DNA of 64,000 bases from a virus (lineage: Duplodnaviria; Caudoviricetes): the IMG/VR virus record IMGVR_UViG_3300025389_000011. One strand, written 5' to 3'. The translations under genes and the position numbers were made by a program. Position 1 is the first letter of the stretch, and every line of letters begins with the position of its first letter. Positions 27,068-39,024 of this stretch are shown here, one piece after another. A model generated the notes under the pieces. That model made no database searches, was not told the origin of the DNA, and was given only the letters and a program-made list of their open reading frames with translations.

Positions 27068-29314
27068 ATGGCCGCAGAACTTTTTAACTCAATTAATGGC
27101 TTTTCAGTTGGCATACCTCCGATAGAAGTCATAGACTCCAACGGCAATGTTGTAACAAACGTTAACAGTCTAAGCGGTAATGTTGCCGCAAACGTAGTGT
27201 ATGCAAATTCATATTACTATGCAAATGGCCAACCGTTCAATGCATCTGCGGCTGGAGCAAACACACAATTACAGTTTAATGCTAATGGTGTTTTTGGTGG
27301 AATACCAAATGTAACATGGAATGGAACTATACTATCGTTAGGTAGTATATCCAATGTTTCTATTGGTGGCGGTAATGATGGATATGTTTTACAAACAGAT
27401 GGTACAGGTAATCTATCTTGGACTGCACAAACAGGCGGTGGCGGTGGCAATGGCTCTCCTGGTGGTAGTAATACAGAAGTCCAATATAATAATGCAGGTA
27501 CTTTTGGCGGTCATCCTGGTTTTACTTTTAATGATGTATCAAATGTATTACACGTAAGCGGCAATATTGTATCAGTTAATTATAACGCATCAGGAAACAT
27601 AAATGCTACTAATGTTATTGGTAACTTTACAGGTGATGGTTCAAACATAAGCAATATCAATGGATCCAATATCACAGGTAATGTGTCATTCGCTATAAAT
27701 GCAGGTACAGTAACCAATAACGCTCAACCTAATATTACAAGTGTTGGCACACTAACAAACTTAAATGTTAGTGGAAATATTATTTCACTTAATGCTAATT
27801 TAGGTAACATAGTAACAGCCAATTACTATTTTGGTAATGGTGCATACTTAACAGGTGTTGGTAATGCAAACTATAGCCCATTAGCAAACTTTGCAAATTA
27901 TGCAGGTAATGTTACTGTAAGCAGTCAACCAAATATTACAAGTGTTGGTACATTAACAACGTTAACGGTAGCAGGAAATTTAATAAGCGGTAATGCTAAT
28001 TTAGGTAATAGTGTAAACGCCAATTACTATTTTGGTAATGGTGCATACTTAACAGGTGTTGGTAATGCAAACTATAGTCCTTTAGCTAATTTTGCTAATT
28101 ATGCAGGTAATGTTACTGTAAGCAGTCAACCAAATATTACAAGTGTTGGTACGTTACTTAACGTTAGTACATCAGGGAACGTAACCGCAACAGGTAATAT
28201 CATTGGCGCTAACATAGTCGCAAACCAATCTCTTACAGCATTAAATGCAAATATAACAGGTACTGCCAATTTATCAGGGGCAGTTACAGTTGCCGTTACG
28301 GGAACACTAACATCACAAGGTAATATTAATTTTAACAGCGCACCGAATGTTACATTAGGTCCAGTTGGTAATATTCATATTGGTGGCGGAGCTCCTGGAT
28401 ATTTTTTACGCACAGATGGGGCAGGCACACTAAGTTGGGCAGTAGGTGGTGGCGGAGGTAATGGTTCTCCGGGTGGTAATACAACAGCAGTACAATTTAA
28501 TGACAATGGTAATTTTGGTGGTAGTGCTAATTTTGTATTCAATCAATTTAGTAATACACTAACAGTAGATGCAATACGTACAATTGATTTAACAGCTAAC
28601 AACAACATTGTTGTAAGCAATACTGCAAATCTTTCTAACGTAAACATAACACGTAATTTATATTTACCTGCTAATGTAAATGCAACAGGATCACCTAATG
28701 TTTCTTTTGGTGATATAAGTACTTTGCACATTCAAGGTGGCAATAACGGTTATGTATTGAGTACAGACGGAGCCGGCAACTTAGCTTGGTCTGCCGGTGG
28801 TGGCGGTGGCAACGGCACCCCGGGTGGCAGTAATTCACAAGTACAATATAATAAAACAGGCACATTTGCAGGTTCACCTTATTTTACTTTTGATGATACC
28901 AATAATGCATTACACATATCAGGTAATTTAGTAGCAAATACATTTACAATGGGTTCGGGTGTTTATGCATTTAGTCACTCTAATGTATTTTTTGCAACAA
29001 CAATAAGCACATCACCTAATCAAGTATTGTTGGCAATTGATGCGGCTAACATAGCATGTGTTGAGTACACGATTATTTCAACTGATACAGGCGCATCAAT
29101 TAGAAATTTTGTTAAATTATCGGCAGTAATGATAGGGGGAGTATTAAACTATAATGACTATAGTACACTACCTGTCAATGGATATGTGGGGGATTTTTCA
29201 GTAATATATGATCCTGGAAACGTAATCACTACCCCTAGCGTAGTGCTGAAATTTTCCCCTCAGAGTGCAAATTACATGACTCACAAGATGATGGTGACAA
29301 CCTATAATGCATAA
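27068..29314 (+). CDS. Asn/Gly-rich fibre / virion structural protein 1
   Basis: FNSINGFSVG N-motif; repeated G..G.VL.TDG.GNLSW and GGGGGNG.PGG.N..VQ.N hinges; TAAATA at 27037. Confidence 0.75.
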   Translation: MAAELFNSINGFSVGIPPIEVIDSNGNVVTNVNSLSGNVAANVVYANSYYYANGQPFNASAAGANTQLQFNANGVFGGIPNVTWNGTILSLGSISNVSIGGGNDGYVLQTDGTGNLSWTAQTGGGGGNGSPGGSNTEVQYNNAGTFGGHPGFTFNDVSNVLHVSGNIVSVNYNASGNINATNVIGNFTGDGSNISNINGSNITGNVSFAINAGTVTNNAQPNITSVGTLTNLNVSGNIISLNANLGNIVTANYYFGNGAYLTGVGNANYSPLANFANYAGNVTVSSQPNITSVGTLTTLTVAGNLISGNANLGNSVNANYYFGNGAYLTGVGNANYSPLANFANYAGNVTVSSQPNITSVGTLLNVSTSGNVTATGNIIGANIVANQSLTALNANITGTANLSGAVTVAVTGTLTSQGNINFNSAPNVTLGPVGNIHIGGGAPGYFLRTDGAGTLSWAVGGGGGNGSPGGNTTAVQFNDNGNFGGSANFVFNQFSNTLTVDAIRTIDLTANNNIVVSNTANLSNVNITRNLYLPANVNATGSPNVSFGDISTLHIQGGNNGYVLSTDGAGNLAWSAGGGGGNGTPGGSNSQVQYNKTGTFAGSPYFTFDDTNNALHISGNLVANTFTMGSGVYAFSHSNVFFATTISTSPNQVLLAIDAANIACVEYTIISTDTGASIRNFVKLSAVMIGGVLNYNDYSTLPVNGYVGDFSVIYDPGNVITTPSVVLKFSPQSANYMTHKMMVTTYNA
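27821..28151 (+). repeat. Internal ~130-bp direct repeat, 201-bp period, in fibre gene 1
   Basis: NYYFGNGAYLTGVGNANYSPLANFANYAGNVTVSSQPNITSVGT occurs twice with near-identical DNA (starts 27821 and 28022). Confidence 0.85.
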
Positions 29315-29349
29315 AAAATGATAAATAAAGATATAAAAGGACAATTAAA

Positions 29350-32300
29350 ATGGCACTAAAACCCTTTAACTCAGTTGGTGGATTTTCAGTAGGTGAAATC
29401 CCCGCAAATGTTATATTAGCTAATAGTGATATATTCACTAACAACTTTACAGTAAATACCTTTGCTAATTTAGGCAACGTTGGTAACGTTTACATCGGCG
29501 GCGGATCATCTGGTGCTGTACTAAGTACTGATGGTACTGGTAATTTATCTTGGTCATCAAGTCCAGGTGTTACTGAAATTCAAAACGGAAATAGTAACGT
29601 AAGCATACCTACAGCTAACGGCAACATTTATATCAATGCTAATAACGGTGCTGATTATCAATGGGTTTTTGATAACACTGGTATATTAACTTTAGCAAAT
29701 AGTGGCGGCTACTCGATAATTGCATCTCCTTCAGGTTCTAACGTTGACATCTACACAGGTGGCTCACAGTATACTGAATTGTTCATGATTGACGGTGGTA
29801 ATATCCAACTTAATACAGCTGGTGGAAATTATAGTTGGGTGTTTAGCAATACTGGTAATTTAACGGTACCTGGAAGTAGTTATATTACACCAGTAACCGG
29901 TAGTCTAAATCTAACTGACGCTTCTGGCAATAGTTATATTGACATTGATACAAACAACATCTACTTGTATACTGATTACGAAGGTAGTGAGTACGAATGG
30001 AATCTAGATAATACAGGTAACACTACATTCCCTGCAACCGGTACAGCAAATCTTGGTAATTTAGTAACTGCCAATTATGCAAACTTTGCCAATGATGTTG
30101 CAATTACAGGCAATGCTAATGTAACTGGCAATGTAACAGCAAGTAATTTCTCTACAACAGGTAGTGCAGGTAATATTAGTGGTGCAAATGTTATTTTTGC
30201 TAACAGTTTTACAAGCAACGGCGGCACAGTAGACTTTAATACTAACAATGCAAATGTACTATTAGGCAATATCGCTAATGTTCATATCTATGGTGGTAGT
30301 AACGGTCAGGCATTGATTACTGACGGCACCGGTAACTTAAGTTGGACATCAACTGCTAACGTCAGTGAAATCTACAATGGTAATAGTAACGTAACTATCC
30401 CAACTACAGACGGCAATGTTTATATCAATGCTAATAGCGGTACAGATCAACAATGGGTATTTGACACAAACGGTTTATTAACATTAGCAACTCCTACCGG
30501 CGGTTATTCACAAATAACATCAAATTCAGGGTCTAATATTGACATCTATACCGGAGGCGCAAATTACTCTGAAATTTATTTGATAGATGGCGGCAATGTA
30601 ACAATCGCTACAAACGGTGAATTACAAAACTGGACATTTGATCAAAACGGTCAATTAACATTGCCAAATGGTTCTAGTATAACTGGTCAACCAAACACAG
30701 CAATTAACATCTATACCAATTCTGGTGTCTATTCAGGTATCCAATTAAATGACAATGGCACTAATAGTAATGTTAGGTTGTACAGTCAAGAAGGTGCATA
30801 TAACTGGATATTCGAAGATAATGGTAATTTAATTTTACCTAACGCCGCAAGTGGTTATGCAACAATAACAACACCGGCTGCCAACAACATTAGTATTCAA
30901 ACAGGTGGCGCACAGTACAGTCAAGTTATATTGAATGACGGTGGCGATGTAATCATTTACGGTAATGCACAGAATGCTGAATATGTGTTTGGTGCAAACG
31001 GCACGTTTAGTGTTGGTAGTGGCACAACAATTGATTTTAACACTAACAACGCAAATGTATTGTTGGGTAATATTGCTAATGTTCACATTTACGGTGGTTC
31101 AAATAATCAAGTGCTTACAACAGATGGTAATGGTAATTTATCATGGTCATCTGGTTCACAAATTGCTAATGGTGCAAGTAATGTAACTATTCCAACTGGT
31201 AACGGCAACGTTTATATTAATGCTAACGCAGGTACAGACTATCAATGGACATTTGATACAACAGGTAATACAACATTCCCTGCAATTGGTGTAGCAAACT
31301 TAGGCAACTTAGTAACGGCTAATTATGCTAACTTTGCAAATGATTTATATGCAGGTGGTAATGGTAACATTCAAGGTAATCTTGAAGTTGCTGGTAATAT
31401 TACTACAGGCGGAGGTTCAGGTGGTAACATCAGCGGTGTTGATTACTTATTTGCTGACTATGCAAATATTACCTATGATGTAAACGCAGGTAATACAGTA
31501 ACAGCAAACTATTTCTATGCAAATTATGATGCAAATATTGCTGGTAATTTGTATGTACAAAATAATGCAACTATTACAGGTAATTTAAGTGCAGGTAATA
31601 TTACCGGCGCTCTAGCTAACGGTACAAGTAATGTTTCTATTCCATCTGCTAATGGTAATGTTATCATTTCAGTTAATGGAACAGCTAATGTATTAACAGT
31701 TAGTAATGTTAATGTTACTATAGCTGGTAATACAATTACTAGTGGTAATGTTATTTCTAATGCTACATTTATTGGTAATACAATAACTTCAGTTGGTACA
31801 TATTTAACAATTGCAAGTGACCAATCTTCTAACGGTACATATAATATTAACTTAGTACCAGGTGGTGCAGGCAATGTTGATGTACATAGTACAAATATTA
31901 CAAGTCTTGCTGATCCAGTTAATCCGCAAGATGCGGCTACAAAACAATATGTTGATAATATCAGTCAAGGTCTTTATGTTCACCCTGCCGCAAATGTATT
32001 GTCATCAAGTAACTTAAATGCAACATATAATAATGGTGGTACAAGTTTAACTGTTACTGACATTATTGGTAATAGTGTTGTTCAATTCAGTGGTGCACAC
32101 GGATTAAGCGTTGGTAATACAATTTCATTCACTAACTCATTCAATGGTATCAGTGGTGATCCAGATGTCTACTATGTAGCTTCAGTACCCGCATCTAATC
32201 AAATTACATTGAAGGATGAATATTATGGTCCCGCCCCAGTAGAAACATTAACTGCTGGCACAGGATTATCACAACCTGCATTAGGTCAAGCTGGTACAGG

Positions 32301-33735
32301 CGCAACATTAACAAATGCAGGCACACTTGCCGCATTAATTGTTGATAGTGTAACAACTACTACAGGCTTACGTGTTCTTGTAACTGGTCAAACAAATCAA
32401 GCATATAATGGTATCTATGACGTAACAACAGTTGGTGATGGTTCAACACCATGGGTATTAACAAGAAGTACAGATGGTAGTAGTTATATCCCACAAAGTG
32501 CAAATGGTTTGGCAGCAGGTTCATACTTCTTTGTAACTGAAGGTAGTGTATATGGTGGTTCAAGTTGGATTGTAACAACAACTGGTGAAATTGACATTGG
32601 TATCACAAATATTACTTTTGTTCAATTCAGTCAAGGCGGTGCTTATACAGGTGCAAACGGTATTAACGTAACCGGAACATTAATTACTGCTAACGTTGAT
32701 GGAGTAACTACTGACATTGTTGGTGGTAATATTGTTGTTAAAACAAGTGCAAATCTTACAACACCAAACGTTGGTGATGCTACATTTAGCAGTTTGTCTT
32801 GGAATACACTAAGCAACGGTAATATTAATGTAAGCAATGTAAATGCTTCAAACACAACACTTACAAATGTATTGTCAGTTAATACAAGTGCTACTGCAAA
32901 CACAATTACATCAAATGCCTGGGCTAACATTGGTACTGACTTAATTGTTGGTGGCAATGCAAACATTACAGGTAACGTGCAAGTTGGTACAGGTAGTGGC
33001 GGCAATATCACTGGTGTTAATGTTATAACAGCTAACACAGCAAATGTTGGTGACGTAAATGCTACAGGTAATGTTAATGCATTAACAGGAAATATTACTG
33101 CTAATGCATTCTATGGCAATAGTATTGACATCAATAATGGTGGTCCTGCAAATATTACAGGTAACTTAACTGCAAATTATATCTTTGCTAACTATGACGC
33201 AAATATTAGTGGAAACGCAAATGTTACTAGTACATTATTTGTTGGTAACAGTTCAAGCAATGTAAGTATTAATAACGGAAACGCTAACCTAACAGGTAAC
33301 ATATTAGTTGGTAATGTTTCAAGCAATGTTGCAATTACAAATGATGGTAATGTAACAGCTTCTGCTAACTTAAACGCAAACAATGCAAATATCAGCAATG
33401 TTATTGCATTAGGTAATACTCAAGTTAACTGGGGTACTGTAACTACAACTAACATTACAGCTAATCAAACAATCGCACAAATACCAACTACAGGAATTAA
33501 TGGAATTGAGTTCTTTGTGAAAGGTATTGATGCTACCGGCACTAAATATAGCGTAGCAACTGTTCAAGCAGTTACTGATGGTTCAAATGTTGATTATGTA
33601 GTATACGGTGGGGCTTACTTAACTGCAAGTACAGGTACATTAGCTGTTAATATTGTTGGGGGAAATGTTGCTCTGCAAGTTACGCCGTCAAGTTCAAACT
33701 CAACGGTGTGGACTACACAGTATAAAACAGTTTAA
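29350..33735 (+). CDS. Asn/Gly-rich fibre protein 2 (1461 aa)
   Basis: MALKPFNSVGGFSVGE; repeats of QIxNGNSNV.IP...GNVYINAN.G...QW.FD; one QDAATKQYVD + RVLV...NGIY..T...WVLTR module. Confidence 0.8.
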   Translation: MALKPFNSVGGFSVGEIPANVILANSDIFTNNFTVNTFANLGNVGNVYIGGGSSGAVLSTDGTGNLSWSSSPGVTEIQNGNSNVSIPTANGNIYINANNGADYQWVFDNTGILTLANSGGYSIIASPSGSNVDIYTGGSQYTELFMIDGGNIQLNTAGGNYSWVFSNTGNLTVPGSSYITPVTGSLNLTDASGNSYIDIDTNNIYLYTDYEGSEYEWNLDNTGNTTFPATGTANLGNLVTANYANFANDVAITGNANVTGNVTASNFSTTGSAGNISGANVIFANSFTSNGGTVDFNTNNANVLLGNIANVHIYGGSNGQALITDGTGNLSWTSTANVSEIYNGNSNVTIPTTDGNVYINANSGTDQQWVFDTNGLLTLATPTGGYSQITSNSGSNIDIYTGGANYSEIYLIDGGNVTIATNGELQNWTFDQNGQLTLPNGSSITGQPNTAINIYTNSGVYSGIQLNDNGTNSNVRLYSQEGAYNWIFEDNGNLILPNAASGYATITTPAANNISIQTGGAQYSQVILNDGGDVIIYGNAQNAEYVFGANGTFSVGSGTTIDFNTNNANVLLGNIANVHIYGGSNNQVLTTDGNGNLSWSSGSQIANGASNVTIPTGNGNVYINANAGTDYQWTFDTTGNTTFPAIGVANLGNLVTANYANFANDLYAGGNGNIQGNLEVAGNITTGGGSGGNISGVDYLFADYANITYDVNAGNTVTANYFYANYDANIAGNLYVQNNATITGNLSAGNITGALANGTSNVSIPSANGNVIISVNGTANVLTVSNVNVTIAGNTITSGNVISNATFIGNTITSVGTYLTIASDQSSNGTYNINLVPGGAGNVDVHSTNITSLADPVNPQDAATKQYVDNISQGLYVHPAANVLSSSNLNATYNNGGTSLTVTDIIGNSVVQFSGAHGLSVGNTISFTNSFNGISGDPDVYYVASVPASNQITLKDEYYGPAPVETLTAGTGLSQPALGQAGTGATLTNAGTLAALIVDSVTTTTGLRVLVTGQTNQAYNGIYDVTTVGDGSTPWVLTRSTDGSSYIPQSANGLAAGSYFFVTEGSVYGGSSWIVTTTGEIDIGITNITFVQFSQGGAYTGANGINVTGTLITANVDGVTTDIVGGNIVVKTSANLTTPNVGDATFSSLSWNTLSNGNINVSNVNASNTTLTNVLSVNTSATANTITSNAWANIGTDLIVGGNANITGNVQVGTGSGGNITGVNVITANTANVGDVNATGNVNALTGNITANAFYGNSIDINNGGPANITGNLTANYIFANYDANISGNANVTSTLFVGNSSSNVSINNGNANLTGNILVGNVSSNVAITNDGNVTASANLNANNANISNVIALGNTQVNWGTVTTTNITANQTIAQIPTTGINGIEFFVKGIDATGTKYSVATVQAVTDGSNVDYVVYGGAYLTASTGTLAVNIVGGNVALQVTPSSSNSTVWTTQYKTV

Positions 33736-33762
33736 TCATTAATTTTATAAGGGATTTTCAAA

Positions 33763-35445
33763 ATGGCTTTACGCCCATTTAACTCGTTAGACGGTTTCTC
33801 AGTTGGTGAAAGCCCTAAAATTAATGTAATCTATGCGAACGGTGATGGTTCTTTTGGAAATCTAACTGTATTAGCTAATTCTTATTTAGGGGAAATAGCT
33901 AACGTACAGATTCTAGGCGGGATGCCGGGGCAAGGTATTGTTACTGATGGTAACGGCAATCTAAGTTTTGAAACATTTGCATCCTCAACTACTGCGGCTC
34001 CTATGCCGTATTTTATTCCTACTGGTAATACAGCAATAGTAGCTGATACTTTTCAAGGTTTATTTTCTTATCCTATCACAATCGACGGTGTTTTAGAAGT
34101 TGATGGTTTACTAATTGAAGTTGGTACACCAATCAATGCTAACAACTATCAAATTGTATATAATAGTGATAGCACACTTTCAGGTAATGCTGGATTTACA
34201 TTTATACCAGACTCTGGTAATTTATATGTTCCAGGTAATATAGTACCATCTGGTGATATTATACCTAGAATTAATGTACAATCTAGTTTAGGATCATATA
34301 CTAATAGATTTAGTAATTTATGGTTATCAGGTAATACAATCACATTAAGTAGTGCATCAGGTCTTGATAGTACTATTTCTACTACATATGGTGGAAATAT
34401 AGTATTAACTAGCGGCGGCGGTGGTAATTTACAAGTTCAGGGTAACACAACTGTTACTACCATACAAACTGGTAATACCAGTATAGATTTGACTGCTAAT
34501 GGAAATATTGATTTTACCGTTACTGGTGTACCTAATGTAGTTACTATAACACAAAATGGTTTAGCTCTTACAGGAAATGTTGATTTTTCTAGTTCACCAA
34601 CTGTATTATTGGGTCCAATAGGAAATGTAAAAATAACCGGCGGTAATATAGGTCAAATTTTAACTACTGATGGTAATGGAAATTTAACTTGGTCATCAAC
34701 ACCAACAAACATAACAGAAATTCAAAATGGCCGTAGTAATGTAAGCATACCAAACCAAAATGGTAATGTATATATTAATGCCAATAATGGTAGTAATTTT
34801 CAATGGATTTTTGATACTACGGGTAATTTAACAACAACTACAGGTAACATCAATATTCCGGGTAATGTAGTTTCAAATGGTACAATTACAGGGGACTACC
34901 TAATATCAACTAGCGGATGTGTGTCAATCGGAAACGGTACATTAGCTGTTATTGGTTCAAATGCAGGTGTATTCAATTCAGGTGTTACCAATATTAACAT
35001 TGGTGTTGCGGCAAACGTTGTGTTAGGTTCTACGACAGGTACAGTAACAACTCAAAATGATTTTGTTTCAAATGGCAATATTACTACAACAAATACAGTT
35101 ATTTCTAACAATATAAGTGTGGGAGACTTGTACAGTAAACGTGCCCCAATATCAGTTCCAAGCAATAATACAATCATTGATACGTTCCCTATATCAGCAT
35201 TTAGGTCTGCAAAGTACACAATTAAGTCATCATGTGACATTGGATATCAGGCTCTAGAGGTACTTTTATTACAAGATAGCATAAATACGTACATAACGGT
35301 ATATGCTAGTCTTTCATCTGCCCCATTAGGTGCAGAAACGATTTTGGTGACAGCGAATATTACATCAGGCAATGTAAATTTATTAGCTAGTCCCTATAGT
35401 AGTAATACAGTAGTGAATTTGATGGGGACATATGTTCCAGATTAA
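33763..35445 (+). CDS. Asn/Gly-rich fibre protein 3 (560 aa)
   Basis: MALRPFNSLDGFSVGE; C-terminal IDTF..SAFRSAKY module. Confidence 0.75.
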   Translation: MALRPFNSLDGFSVGESPKINVIYANGDGSFGNLTVLANSYLGEIANVQILGGMPGQGIVTDGNGNLSFETFASSTTAAPMPYFIPTGNTAIVADTFQGLFSYPITIDGVLEVDGLLIEVGTPINANNYQIVYNSDSTLSGNAGFTFIPDSGNLYVPGNIVPSGDIIPRINVQSSLGSYTNRFSNLWLSGNTITLSSASGLDSTISTTYGGNIVLTSGGGGNLQVQGNTTVTTIQTGNTSIDLTANGNIDFTVTGVPNVVTITQNGLALTGNVDFSSSPTVLLGPIGNVKITGGNIGQILTTDGNGNLTWSSTPTNITEIQNGRSNVSIPNQNGNVYINANNGSNFQWIFDTTGNLTTTTGNINIPGNVVSNGTITGDYLISTSGCVSIGNGTLAVIGSNAGVFNSGVTNINIGVAANVVLGSTTGTVTTQNDFVSNGNITTTNTVISNNISVGDLYSKRAPISVPSNNTIIDTFPISAFRSAKYTIKSSCDIGYQALEVLLLQDSINTYITVYASLSSAPLGAETILVTANITSGNVNLLASPYSSNTVVNLMGTYVPD

Positions 35446-35472
35446 AAATATAAAAAATAGGATAGAATTAAA

Positions 35473-38400
35473 ATGACCACAAAAAATTTCGTTGTTAAAA
35501 ATGGTATTACAACAGGTAATATTGTACTTGATGCCGCATCAGGTAACATAACTACTAACGGCACCGCTAATCTAAATGCGTTGATTATAGCAACCACTAG
35601 TAATCTAGGTAATGTTGGTAACATCTATATTGGTGGCGGTAGTTCAGGTTACGTACTACAAACTGATGGTAGTGGTAATTTGAGTTGGACTTCAAGCCCA
35701 GACGTAACACAAATTCAAAATGGTAACAGTAATGTAAGTGTCCCTACAGCTAACGGTAATGTTTATATTAATGCTACTGGCGCAGAGCAGTGGGTATTTG
35801 ACACAACAGGTAATTTAACCGCACCTTCAGCAGGTACAGCAAATCTTGGTAATTTAATAATTGCTAATTATGCAAATTTCACAAATAACGCAAATATTCA
35901 AGGTAATTTAACAGCGGGTAATTCTAATCTAGGCAATTTAGCACGTGCTAATTTTGTAAATGTAACAAGTAACTTATCAGCAAGTAATGCCAATATAACT
36001 ACATTATTAACTACTGCTAACGCCAACGTAACTACAGATATCATAGTTGGTGGTAATGCTAATATTACAGGTAATGTACTTATTGGTAATGCTAATATTA
36101 ATGTAGATGTTGTAATTGGTGGTAATGCAAATGTAACAGGTAACGTAACTTCAAATAATGCAAACGTTACTACATTATTAACAGCAAATACTGTTAATGT
36201 TACTGCAAGTCTTACAGTTAATCTAAATGCAAACATAACTGCTAACTTAACAGCAGGTAATGCTAATGTAACTGCATTATTGACAACAGGTAATGCCAAT
36301 GTAACAAATCAATTAGTTGCCGGTAATGCAAATGTTACAGTTCAGTTGAACACAGGTAATGCTAATGTAACAAATCAATTAGTTGCTGGTAATGCAAATG
36401 TAACTGCTAATTTAGTAGCAGCCAACGCAAACGTTACTGGATTCTTTGTAACTGCCAATGCTAATGCTAATATTCTTACTGCCGGTAATATCTATGCTAA
36501 TGCAGGTAATATTATTGCAAACACATTAGGTGGCACACTAAATGTACTATCTAACGCACAACCAAATATTACTAGTGTTGGTAACTTAACAAGTTTATTA
36601 GTAGTAGGTAATATTCAGTCAAATGCAAATATACTTGCTAACACAATTTTAAGTGTATCAGGTCCACTCACAGTTACAACTACAACAAACGGGAATATTA
36701 ATCTACATCCAAATGGTACTGGTAACGTTGATGTTGCTAACACCTATATCACAAATCTTGCATTAACTCCAATTAATCCAGGTGATGCGGCATCAAAGAG
36801 TTATGTAGATGCAACAACGCAGGGTTTAAGTCCTAAGGATGCTTCTGATTATGCTACAACAACTGCACTACCTGCATACACATATAATAACGGAACAAGT
36901 GGTGTTGGTGCAACAATTACAGCTAATGTAAACGGTGCATTAACTATTGATGGTGGATCACCAACAACAGGTATGCGTGTTCTTATTAAGAATGAGACAG
37001 GTGGAAATCAACCATATAACGGTATCTACGTTGTAACTGCCGCAGGTAGCGTAAGTTCTCCATTCATTCTAACACGTAGCTCAGACTTTGATTTAAGTAG
37101 CCCAAGTTCAGAAATTCCTGGTGCATTTACATTTGTCATTTATGGTACATCAAATGCAAATACAGGTTGGATTTGTACTACATTGCCCCCTGTAACAGTT
37201 GGCACTACAAATATTACGTTCACTCAATTCTCAGCGGCAGGTGAATATAGTGCTGGTACAGGCATTAGCATCAATGGTACAGTTATCAGTATTGCAAATA
37301 CTGCTGTATCAGCAGGTTCATATGGTGGTGGTGACCAAGTAGCAACATTTACAGTTAATGACCAAGGTCAATTAACAAATGCAAGTAACACATATATTAC
37401 TGCAAATGCAGGAAATCTAACAGGTAATACACTTGCATCAAGCATTGTTACATCAAGTCTAACAACTGTAGGTACATTAGGAAACTTAGAAGTTACTGGT
37501 AATATTACTAGTGACACTGGCTATGTTCTTGCAAATTATATTGGTCAATCAACTACACAACTATATGGTAATGGTATTAGTATCAGCAACATTGCAGGTG
37601 CTAACGTATCAGGTAACGTAGCAAATGCAAACTTAGCTGGTTATGTAACAGGTAATGCTCAAAGTAATATTACTAGCGTTGGCACACTAACAAGTTTAAC
37701 AGTAACCAACGACATTACAAGTACTGCTGGTAATATTACTGCTGGTAATATTGGTAGTAGCTTAACATACTTGATTGGTAACGGTGCGGCCATCAGTGGT
37801 ATTACTGGTGCTAATGTAACAGGTAATGTAGCAAATGCAAACTTAGCTGGTTATGTAACACAAAATGCACAAAGCAATATTACTAGTTTAGGTACATTAG
37901 CTAACTTAACCGTAACAGGTCCAGTTGATGTTAGTACAAGTCCTAACGTAGATTTAGGTAATATCAGTAACGTACATATCTTAGGTGGTCAGAATGGACA
38001 ATACTTACAAACTGATGGTTCAGGAGTTCTATCTTGGTCAACTATCAGTCAATCAAGTATCAGCAATGGTAGTTCAAATGTAAGTATTCCTTCAGTAAAC
38101 GGTCCAGTATTTGTAGGTGTTAATGGTACAGCTAATGTATTATACGTAAATAGTTATGGTGCAAACATTAACGGTTCACTAACTGTTTCTAGCGCAGGAA
38201 CAGGTAACATTACAAGTGATAATGCAAATGTTGGTAACTTATTAACTTCTAACAACGCAAATATAACTGCAAACTTAACATCAGGTAACGCCAACATAAC
38301 TACATTGTTGACTACCGGTAATGCTAATGTAACATTAAATATTACAGTAGGTGGCAATGCAAATATAACAGGTAATTTATCTGCAAATACAGCAAATATA

Positions 38401-39024
38401 ACAGGTAATGCTAACGTTGGTAACATAGGTACAGCAACAGCTATTATTACAACAGGTAATATTACAACAATTAATAGTGGTCTATTACAAAATGGTAATA
38501 GCAATATCACATTAACTGGTAACGGTAATATTACAACAACTGTTGCAGGTAATACAGTATTAGTTTTAACTGGCACAGGTGCTAACGTAACAGGTACAGC
38601 TAACGTAAGCGGTAACTTAAGTGCAGGTAACATCAGTACAGGTGGCGCAATAACAGTAACAGGTAACGTAACAGCAAACTACGTAGCGTTAACGAACGGT
38701 ATTACTTCAAATCGTTCTAACGTGACAGTTAGTGCTAACGGTACTGTGCTGGATCAATTCTCACCATCCGTATTCAGAACAGCTAAATATGTGATTAGTG
38801 CATCAAGTCCATATGGATATCAATCTATAGAGACATTGCTAGTGCAAGATGGTACTAACTCATATATTACAATTTATGGAGATTTAAGTTCTAATGCATC
38901 TACAGACATCATTGATGTAAGTAGTAACATTAGTGGTACAACAGGTAATGTGACATTATATGCTAATGCATTTGGTGGTCAAACTGCAAAAGTACAATTA
39001 ATTGCACAATACTTATTAACATAA
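35473..39024 (+). CDS. Asn/Gly-rich fibre protein 4 (1183 aa)
   Basis: MTTKNFVVKNGITTGNI; (GN)ANVT repeats; DAASKSYVD module; C-terminal LDQF...FRTAKY module. Confidence 0.8.
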   Translation: MTTKNFVVKNGITTGNIVLDAASGNITTNGTANLNALIIATTSNLGNVGNIYIGGGSSGYVLQTDGSGNLSWTSSPDVTQIQNGNSNVSVPTANGNVYINATGAEQWVFDTTGNLTAPSAGTANLGNLIIANYANFTNNANIQGNLTAGNSNLGNLARANFVNVTSNLSASNANITTLLTTANANVTTDIIVGGNANITGNVLIGNANINVDVVIGGNANVTGNVTSNNANVTTLLTANTVNVTASLTVNLNANITANLTAGNANVTALLTTGNANVTNQLVAGNANVTVQLNTGNANVTNQLVAGNANVTANLVAANANVTGFFVTANANANILTAGNIYANAGNIIANTLGGTLNVLSNAQPNITSVGNLTSLLVVGNIQSNANILANTILSVSGPLTVTTTTNGNINLHPNGTGNVDVANTYITNLALTPINPGDAASKSYVDATTQGLSPKDASDYATTTALPAYTYNNGTSGVGATITANVNGALTIDGGSPTTGMRVLIKNETGGNQPYNGIYVVTAAGSVSSPFILTRSSDFDLSSPSSEIPGAFTFVIYGTSNANTGWICTTLPPVTVGTTNITFTQFSAAGEYSAGTGISINGTVISIANTAVSAGSYGGGDQVATFTVNDQGQLTNASNTYITANAGNLTGNTLASSIVTSSLTTVGTLGNLEVTGNITSDTGYVLANYIGQSTTQLYGNGISISNIAGANVSGNVANANLAGYVTGNAQSNITSVGTLTSLTVTNDITSTAGNITAGNIGSSLTYLIGNGAAISGITGANVTGNVANANLAGYVTQNAQSNITSLGTLANLTVTGPVDVSTSPNVDLGNISNVHILGGQNGQYLQTDGSGVLSWSTISQSSISNGSSNVSIPSVNGPVFVGVNGTANVLYVNSYGANINGSLTVSSAGTGNITSDNANVGNLLTSNNANITANLTSGNANITTLLTTGNANVTLNITVGGNANITGNLSANTANITGNANVGNIGTATAIITTGNITTINSGLLQNGNSNITLTGNGNITTTVAGNTVLVLTGTGANVTGTANVSGNLSAGNISTGGAITVTGNVTANYVALTNGITSNRSNVTVSANGTVLDQFSPSVFRTAKYVISASSPYGYQSIETLLVQDGTNSYITIYGDLSSNASTDIIDVSSNISGTTGNVTLYANAFGGQTAKVQLIAQYLLT

